From a virus (Duplodnaviria > Caudoviricetes), in IMG/VR virus record IMGVR_UViG_3300032312_001822, positions 26,596 to 90,595 of that record: DNA of 64,000 nt; one strand, 5' to 3'. The notes beneath the pieces are model-generated. The model had not been told where the DNA came from and searched no databases. It worked only from the letters and a program-made list of their open reading frames with translations. The translations under genes and the position numbers were made by a program. Of the stretch, positions 57,863 through 64,000 are shown in pieces. The first letter of the stretch is position 1, and every line of letters begins with the position of its first letter.

Positions 57863-58125
57863 TGAAACCTTATAAAGAAGTTTTAAATAATAATTCACGT
57901 GTTCGTGAGTTTAAGGTTAATACCCCTAATAAAGAATTTGTTTGGCATAGAGATGAAAAAGATCGCCATGTTACTATTTTAGAAGGGGAAGGTTGGCATT
58001 TTCAACTAGATAATGAATTACCTTTGGAGCTTCGAAAAAAAGATGTTATATTTATACCTAAACAAAAATACCATAGAGTATTAAAAGGCAAAACAGACTT
58101 ACTAATTAAAATAGAAGAAAAATGA
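57862..58125 (+). CDS. Cupin-fold protein
   Basis: WHRD...ILEG.GW...IFIPK..YHRVLKG. Confidence 0.8.
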   Translation: MKPYKEVLNNNSRVREFKVNTPNKEFVWHRDEKDRHVTILEGEGWHFQLDNELPLELRKKDVIFIPKQKYHRVLKGKTDLLIKIEEK

Positions 58126-58535
58126 ACAGAATAAAATTAAAATCTATTGTATCTGAAATTATCAAAGAAATGATTGAAGTCAACCCAGTACATCAAAAAA
58201 TTAATGATAAGTTAATGCAAATAGCTAAACGTGGATTTGAAGCTGAAGAAGAGGAAACATATAAAGGTGATGCTGATAAAGGAAACAAAATTTTAGATAA
58301 AGCTAATCCTGATAATGTAGCTGCTATTTTAAGAGGTGAAAAACCAATGAATGAAGGAGAGGAAAAAGAATATACAGTTGACTATTGGTACAGATTTGGT
58401 AAAGATGGTGATGATAAAGATTATGATGATATTACTGTAAAAGCATCTTCTGAAGAAGAAGCAATTAAAAAAGCTAAAGAAGGAGCTAGAAGAGGTGCTA
58501 TGTCATCATCATTTACAATAAGAAAAGGAAAATAA
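58122..58535 (+). CDS. Small modular protein with IIKE/MIE/MNE motifs
   Basis: MNRIKLKSIVSEIIKE. Confidence 0.7.
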   Translation: MNRIKLKSIVSEIIKEMIEVNPVHQKINDKLMQIAKRGFEAEEEETYKGDADKGNKILDKANPDNVAAILRGEKPMNEGEEKEYTVDYWYRFGKDGDDKDYDDITVKASSEEEAIKKAKEGARRGAMSSSFTIRKGK

Positions 58536-58536
58536 T

Positions 58537-60090
58537 ATGTCTTTAAATATATTAAAAAATTTAATTAAAGAGGGTATTGAAGATTTTGTTTCACAACAAC
58601 AACGTGAAACTATATCTTTTGAAGATAATCCTCTTGAATATATTCTTCAAAAATATCCTTCATTAGATGCTGCTTTAGTAGATTTAATGACAGATCATTA
58701 TAGAGATTATATTACAGGTGTTTATGTAATAGCACCTAGACCTACTACATTTAGAATCTTACTTCACAATGGTCAAGAATTTTATTTAATTTACGGAATA
58801 GAATCTTACACTGCTAAAATATCAGGTAAAAAATATTATTTACTTAACTTAAGTGAAGAACAATTTGCTATTAATGCAATTGCTTCTTTATTAGAATTAG
58901 GTATGCCTCCAGGATCTGAAGGTCCAGGTGAACAAATGGATAATGAAGCTGATATAAAAGGAGGAGAAGAAATACCAACTGAAGAAGTACCAGCTGAAGA
59001 ACCAGCACCTGAAGAAGAATTAAAAGAAACTGAAGAAGTTAAACCTAAATCACCTTTAAGATTTAAAATTATTAAAGAAGGTTTGTCAAAAAAAACTTCT
59101 CTAAATGAAATAACTGAAGCTGAAGAAGGTATTGAAATTCTAAAATCTAAATTAGGATTAACAGATGAAAATTTCTCTAAAATATCAAATAATAGATATA
59201 AATTATTAGTCCCAGGTTCAGAACGTATTGAGTACATTAAAAAAATTCAAGCAATTGAGGATTTTGATTACGATCCAAGCGCTAAAGGTTCATCAATAGG
59301 AGCAATAAAATACAAAAATTCATTTTTTGTTATTAAACCATCAGGAGCTCAAGGTAGAGCTTCAGCAGGTACTGAAAATGAAGATGTATTAGAAAATGAG
59401 ATTAAAAAATATTTAGCATTAGGTGCTAAAAATATTATATTTAAAGCCCCAAATAAATCTTATACAGTACCAAATGCAACTGGAGTAACAGGAGTAGGAT
59501 ATGATGTAGCAGGAGGTAAAAAAGCTGATATTGTTATAACAGGAGCTAAGGGTAATTATCCAATCTCAATTAAAAAAGATAATGCTGGTTTCTGGGAAAG
59601 TGCTGATACTAGATACAAAGAATTAATGACTAAATTAGTAGCTAAAATCAAAAATGGAGATTTTGGTCCTGAATTAGTTTTTAAACCTTTTATTGATAAA
59701 TTAGGTAATGAAAAACCAGGTATAAATACCATGTATAATGGTACTACAGATACTAAAGTATCAGGTGTATTAGTAACAGATTTACCTAATAAAGAAGAAG
59801 AATCAATTATATTTGGTTCAGATAAAGCAGTTGTAATTTACAGAACTTACACTGAAAGTGATTTTAATCAACAAGGAGACAATTTAATTATCACTGTTTC
59901 TAAAATTATAGAAAATTTACAAGATGTAGAAGAATTTGATTTAGAACCTGTATTAAATATCAGACATGATTCAACAAGAAGTGCTACTGGTGGTTTAAGA
60001 GCTACAGTACAACCTAAAAACTTATTGTATAAAGACGGAGCTGTAACAGGTAATAAAATTGAATTATCTTATAACGATATTATATCATAA
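58537..60090 (+). CDS. Modular protein with C-terminal PD-(D/E)xK restriction-endonuclease-like domain
   Basis: GTENED..E...GKKADIVI...PISIKKDNAGFWES; MSLNILKNLIKE leader. Confidence 0.65.
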   Translation: MSLNILKNLIKEGIEDFVSQQQRETISFEDNPLEYILQKYPSLDAALVDLMTDHYRDYITGVYVIAPRPTTFRILLHNGQEFYLIYGIESYTAKISGKKYYLLNLSEEQFAINAIASLLELGMPPGSEGPGEQMDNEADIKGGEEIPTEEVPAEEPAPEEELKETEEVKPKSPLRFKIIKEGLSKKTSLNEITEAEEGIEILKSKLGLTDENFSKISNNRYKLLVPGSERIEYIKKIQAIEDFDYDPSAKGSSIGAIKYKNSFFVIKPSGAQGRASAGTENEDVLENEIKKYLALGAKNIIFKAPNKSYTVPNATGVTGVGYDVAGGKKADIVITGAKGNYPISIKKDNAGFWESADTRYKELMTKLVAKIKNGDFGPELVFKPFIDKLGNEKPGINTMYNGTTDTKVSGVLVTDLPNKEEESIIFGSDKAVVIYRTYTESDFNQQGDNLIITVSKIIENLQDVEEFDLEPVLNIRHDSTRSATGGLRATVQPKNLLYKDGAVTGNKIELSYNDIIS

Positions 60091-60096
60091 CATTTA

Positions 60097-60180
60097 GACT
60101 AGATTCATAGCCTAGTCGCTCGTAAGAGAAAAATTTCATAGAGAGCTGTGACCTCAAGTTTGGAGGTCCAGCTTTCTTTT
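60097..60180 (+). terminator. Three-hairpin intergenic element ending in an intrinsic terminator
   Basis: GACTAG/CTAGTC; CTC-gtaa-GAG; AGCTGtGACCTC/GAGGTCCAGCT followed by TTCTTTT. Confidence 0.7.
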
Positions 60181-60209
60181 ATTATATTATACAGTTAAAT
60201 TTAAGTAAA

Positions 60210-61508
60210 ATGAGTAAACACATTGTAATTGTAGGCGCAGGAGTAGCGGGTATTAATGCTGCTACCAAGTTAGTAGACAATAATTTTGATGGTAAAATTA
60301 CCATTATTGACATGGGTAAAGACCCATATAAAAGATTACCAAGTGAAGTAATGACTGGTATGTTAGGTGCTGGTGGTTGGTCAGATGGTAAATTAACTTA
60401 TCACACTGCTATTGGAGGTCAATTATCTAAATACTGTGGTGAAGATAAAGCAATGGAATTAATGGATCAAGTTATAACTAACTTTAAACGTTTCCATCCT
60501 AAACCTGAAGAAGTACAATGTTCAAACCCAGTTGCTGAACCTGACTTTATTAAACCTCATTTTGGGTTAAGATTATTTCCAGTATGGCATGTTGGAACTG
60601 ATTATTTACATGAGATTGGTAAAAATTGGTATGTATATTTAGTTAATAAAGGTGTTAATTTTATATGGGAATCAAAAGTAACAGATATTGATTTCGAATA
60701 TAATAGCTTAACGTTAGAGGGTTATGCTAATTATTTCCTTAAATATGATGAACTTATATTTGGTGTAGGTAAATCAGGTATTGATTTTGGTAAAAAATTA
60801 GCAGACAAATATGACCTACCAACTGAACCTAAATCAGTACAAATTGGAGTTAGATTTGAAGCTCCACAAAAACACTTTCAAAAATTAATTGATATTTCAT
60901 ATGACTTTAAGTTATATAGAAAATTCGATGATAAAGGAGTATCACTTCGTTCATTCTGTACTAACAATAATGCAGCATATGTTGCAGTAGAAGAAACATA
61001 CGGAAACTATACTTACAATGGTCATGCTAAAAAAGATGAAAAGTATAGAAATGATATGACTAACTTCGGAATTATTATGGAGTTAAATGGTATTGAAAAT
61101 CCATTTGAATGGTCAAGAAACTTAGTTAAAACATTACAAGTTGATGATAAAGGCTTATATTACTCTCCTTCTAGAGTACCATCATATACTTCAGAAGGTG
61201 GATTTGTAGAAGCTACTCAAATTAATGATTTTGTAATGACTGAAGTAAGAGAGACATTTGAAGGATACTTTAAATACATTGATGATTTTATTGATGATAT
61301 GAAAAAAGTATTTCCAACATTAAAAGACGATTGGGGTATGTACATACCTGAAGTAAAATATCTATCTCCTGAGCCACTTGTTGATTATACTAACTTAGCA
61401 TTAACTAGATATCCAAATGTTCACTTTGTAGGTGATGCATTATCTGCTAGAGGTATAACAGTAAGTGGTGCACATGGAATTTATGTAGCAGAAGATTTAT
61501 TAAAATAG
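60210..61508 (+). CDS. FAD-dependent oxidoreductase
   Basis: IVIVGAGVAG, GAGGWSDGKL, IGVRFE, RSFC, FVGD..RGI..SG. Confidence 0.88.
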   Translation: MSKHIVIVGAGVAGINAATKLVDNNFDGKITIIDMGKDPYKRLPSEVMTGMLGAGGWSDGKLTYHTAIGGQLSKYCGEDKAMELMDQVITNFKRFHPKPEEVQCSNPVAEPDFIKPHFGLRLFPVWHVGTDYLHEIGKNWYVYLVNKGVNFIWESKVTDIDFEYNSLTLEGYANYFLKYDELIFGVGKSGIDFGKKLADKYDLPTEPKSVQIGVRFEAPQKHFQKLIDISYDFKLYRKFDDKGVSLRSFCTNNNAAYVAVEETYGNYTYNGHAKKDEKYRNDMTNFGIIMELNGIENPFEWSRNLVKTLQVDDKGLYYSPSRVPSYTSEGGFVEATQINDFVMTEVRETFEGYFKYIDDFIDDMKKVFPTLKDDWGMYIPEVKYLSPEPLVDYTNLALTRYPNVHFVGDALSARGITVSGAHGIYVAEDLLK

Positions 61509-61532
61509 TAAAAAGTATTAAAAACTTTTGAG

Positions 61533-61561
61533 ATGGAGGGCTTGGCCCTCCATTTTTATTT
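61533..61561 (+). terminator. Intrinsic terminator fused to an early promoter
   Basis: ATGGAGGGC-ttg-GCCCTCCAT followed by TTTTATTT; the CTTG -33 box lies at the loop. Confidence 0.85.
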
Positions 61562-61596
61562 TCATATATTATACCATTAAATTAAAAATAAAAGTT

Positions 61597-62781
61597 ATGT
61601 CTAAAAACACAAATCTAGTAGCATTAAATGCTAAAGAATTAAAAGAATTCTTAAATCACATTATTGAAAACAACAGATTCTTACAGGAACAAAGTAAAAC
61701 ACCTGTAGCCATTGAAGTAATTGGTGAATCAGGTATTGGTAAAACATCAGCTATTGTTCAATTAGCAAAAGAATTAGATCTTAATTTTGTTAAATTGAAT
61801 TTATCACAAATTGAAGAAATTGGTGATTTAGTAGGTTTTCCAATTCGTCAGTTTGAAATCCAAAGAAATGAAGAAAGTGAGAAAATTTGGGTTGATGAAA
61901 ATGTATTAGATGAAAAATTCAAACAAGGTTATTACACAACTGGTTTAAATAGAATGGGTTACTGTCCACCTGAATGGATTAGTGGTAAAGAAAAAGGTGG
62001 TATCTTATTATTAGATGACTGGAATAGAGCTGATATGAGGTTCATACAAGCTGTAATGGAGTTAATTGATAGACAACAATATATTAGTTGGTCTTTGCCT
62101 AAAGATTGGCATATCATTCTAACTGCTAATCCTGATAATGGAGATTATTTAGTTTCAAGTATCGATAACGCTCAGAAAACACGATTTATTACTGTTCAAT
62201 TAAAATTTGATACAGAATGTTGGGCTAAATGGGCTGAAGAAAGTCAAATTGATGGTAGATGTATTAACTTCTTATTACTGCATCCTGAACTAGTAACTAA
62301 AGATGTTAACAGTAGAAGTGTCTCAATGTTCTTTAATTCAATTTCTTCAATTAAGAGTTTTGACGATTCATTACCATTAATTCAGATGGTAGGTGAAGGT
62401 TCAGTTGGACCAGAATTTAGTTCTATGTTTACTATGTTTATTAATAATAAACTAGATAAAATGATTTCACCACAACATGTAATAGAACAAGATGAAAAAT
62501 ATGTTTTAAATACATTGAAATCAATTGTAGGTAAAGATGATAGTTACAGAGCTGACTTAGCATCAACTTTATCAACTAGAATTGTTAACTACTTAGATTT
62601 ATTTGCAAAAGAAAATCCAGTAGAAAAAACCGTAGTAGATAGAATTTCTAAAATTGTGAATGAAAAAATATTTGCAAATGATATCTGTTACAATATGGTT
62701 AGATCAATTTACAATAACAATCCAAGTAAATTCAAAACCATGATGATGAATAAAGATTTAGTTCAATATATAATGAAATAA
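61597..62781 (+). CDS. MoxR-type AAA+ ATPase (start revised from 61528 to 61597)
   Basis: GESGIGKT Walker A, LLLDDWNRA Walker B, ILTANP; AAAGTTATG start after the promoter at 61541. Confidence 0.88.
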   Translation: MSKNTNLVALNAKELKEFLNHIIENNRFLQEQSKTPVAIEVIGESGIGKTSAIVQLAKELDLNFVKLNLSQIEEIGDLVGFPIRQFEIQRNEESEKIWVDENVLDEKFKQGYYTTGLNRMGYCPPEWISGKEKGGILLLDDWNRADMRFIQAVMELIDRQQYISWSLPKDWHIILTANPDNGDYLVSSIDNAQKTRFITVQLKFDTECWAKWAEESQIDGRCINFLLLHPELVTKDVNSRSVSMFFNSISSIKSFDDSLPLIQMVGEGSVGPEFSSMFTMFINNKLDKMISPQHVIEQDEKYVLNTLKSIVGKDDSYRADLASTLSTRIVNYLDLFAKENPVEKTVVDRISKIVNEKIFANDICYNMVRSIYNNNPSKFKTMMMNKDLVQYIMK

Positions 62782-62782
62782 T

Positions 62783-63880
62783 ATGGGAGCAATTAAAGCA
62801 AATACTTTCGAACCTTATATTCCTAGTCAATATGATAAAGATACTAGTGTTATTTTATATCATAATTCATATGCCTCAACTGATGTTTTATTATTAACAG
62901 AAAATGAATATAAAAACTTAAATGGGTTAGTAACTAAATTATTAAATAAACCTGTTGATACTACTTTAGGTAAAAAAGTATATTTAGGTAAATTATCAAA
63001 TTTGCCTAGACATAAAATGAAAGACTTTTTTATTGAAAATAAAGTAAGTAAAACATCAAGAGTTGACCAGTCTGATACTATTGTTATACACAAAAGTCAT
63101 TTAGTAGAGTTTGATAAAATGTTTAGTTCAGGGCTAGCTTATAATAAATTAAAAGCTACTAAAATCTATACATTTAAAACTTCTCAAGATAATGATTTTA
63201 TAACTAGATATGCTAGAACTTACAGTATGTCTCAAAGTGATCTTCCATATATTGTTTTAGTTAATGATAATAATAAAAGTAAATTAACACCTAAATTAGT
63301 TAACTTTTTAAGTGATAAAGACAATTATGATGGTTATTATAGAAATCTTTATAGAGAAAAAAATCTAATAGAACTTTATTCTTACTTAGAATACCTTTTG
63401 AAAAATCCTCATGTTAATGTAATATTTGATGAAGATTTAATGGCTCCTCTTAACCAAGAAGGTTTTGAATTAGATGAAGAGTACTTAACTACTTTAGATG
63501 GTATGTTTGAAAGTAAATCACAAGATAATATTAATTTAGCTTTAGAAATGCTTTCAAATGTTAATATTGAAAAACATTCATTAACTATAGCTTTATTTTT
63601 AAATAAACATAAAAAGAAATTTGCTTGGGGTAGTGGATTAAGTATTACTCAAAATAATAGTTTTAAAAGTACTATAAAGTATTTTAAATCTAAAAATATT
63701 AACTTTGAATCTGATTGGAGATCTTTTAGTACTAATTTATATAAATTACATAAAAACAATCCTGAAAATGTAGCTATTTTAAAAGATTTTGTACAACAAA
63801 ATATAAACCAATATTTAAAAGAATTTAATCCTAAAGATTTTATGGAAATTAAATTAGATAGTTTGGCATTCAGGGAATAA
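62783..63880 (+). CDS. Hypothetical protein, possible BRCT-like N-terminal segment
   Basis: 365-aa ORF between the AAA ATPase and the vWA partner. Confidence 0.65.
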   Translation: MGAIKANTFEPYIPSQYDKDTSVILYHNSYASTDVLLLTENEYKNLNGLVTKLLNKPVDTTLGKKVYLGKLSNLPRHKMKDFFIENKVSKTSRVDQSDTIVIHKSHLVEFDKMFSSGLAYNKLKATKIYTFKTSQDNDFITRYARTYSMSQSDLPYIVLVNDNNKSKLTPKLVNFLSDKDNYDGYYRNLYREKNLIELYSYLEYLLKNPHVNVIFDEDLMAPLNQEGFELDEEYLTTLDGMFESKSQDNINLALEMLSNVNIEKHSLTIALFLNKHKKKFAWGSGLSITQNNSFKSTIKYFKSKNINFESDWRSFSTNLYKLHKNNPENVAILKDFVQQNINQYLKEFNPKDFMEIKLDSLAFRE

Positions 63881-63905
63881 TTTCATATATTAAATAAAAA
63901 AGGTT

Positions 63906-64000
63906 ATGACAGATGTATATCAAGAAGTAGCAAAGCAATCCAAATTGCTTATGTTAAAAGAACCATTTTATGGTTTATTTTTAATAGCTCTAAATAAGGA
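63906..64000 (+). CDS. Probable DUF2201/vWA metallopeptidase partner of MoxR, 3'-truncated
   Basis: MTDVYQEVAKQSKLLMLKEPFYGLFLIALNK; promoter at 63862; GGTTATG start. Confidence 0.6.
   Translation, partial: MTDVYQEVAKQSKLLMLKEPFYGLFLIALNK

Noticed and set aside
61528-61596. N-terminal extension MRWRAWPSIF... of the AAA ATPase
   Set aside because: It runs through a terminator and promoter. The canonical AAAGTTATG start is at 61597.
6046-63093. Minus-strand ORFs in the track (6046, 9576, 11549, 14466, 21536, 22888, 27169, 38844, 40788, 42444, 48260, 53196, 55077, 58836, 62860)
   Set aside because: Nearly all are antisense shadows of well-supported + strand genes, with no promoter motif or recognisable domain. 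The 22888 ORF overlaps the lipoprotein start and its promoter.
1-64000. Stop-codon reassignment (code 15 or 4), as in some large Bacteroidota phages
   Set aside because: Long conserved genes are intact under code 11, coding density is high, and TAG is used as a genuine stop (e.g. 10442-10444, 61506-61508).
1-64000. Diversity-generating retroelement, group I/II intron, intein or integrase
   Set aside because: I saw no reverse-transcriptase, LAGLIDADG, Hint or recombinase motifs, and the ligase, primase and exonuclease read uninterrupted.

Overview
This is a 64-kb internal fragment of a large, very AT-rich myovirus-like (T4-superfamily) phage genome. The host is most likely Bacteroidota, judged from Bacteroidetes-type TTTG-N19/20-TATATT promoters, the lack of obvious Shine-Dalgarno sites, a DUF4494-like gene and SprB-like repeats. 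All credible genes lie on the + strand and read with standard code 11. Layout: glycosylation/nucleotide-sugar cluster (1-7 kb); mixed early/middle genes including thioredoxin and DNA ligase (7-14.7 kb); a dense array of early promoter + small-gene cassettes (14.7-22.5 kb); a mostly non-coding, compositionally odd junction (21.8-23.05 kb); HD protein and gp55-like sigma factor (25-27 kb); baseplate/tail module (27.2-46.6 kb); primase and exonuclease (47-49 kb); proteins with shared N-terminal and internal L/I-x-E motifs, probably capsid-packaged (49-60 kb); FAD oxidoreductase and a MoxR AAA+/vWA module (60-64 kb). The strongest leads are: (1) two hairpins with a compensatory base pair whose loop (CCUCAUAAC) is antisense to the GUUAUG start context of nearly all early genes; (2) an unannotated ArfA/BrfA-like ribosome-rescue peptide gene with an intrinsic terminator inside the reading frame; (3) a tRNA-like RNA abutting one of those hairpins; (4) a late-promoter motif that is the exact reverse complement of the T4 late promoter; (5) modular, protease-site-delimited virion cargo polyproteins. 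Family calls come from motif recognition by eye. No database searches or folding programs were run.
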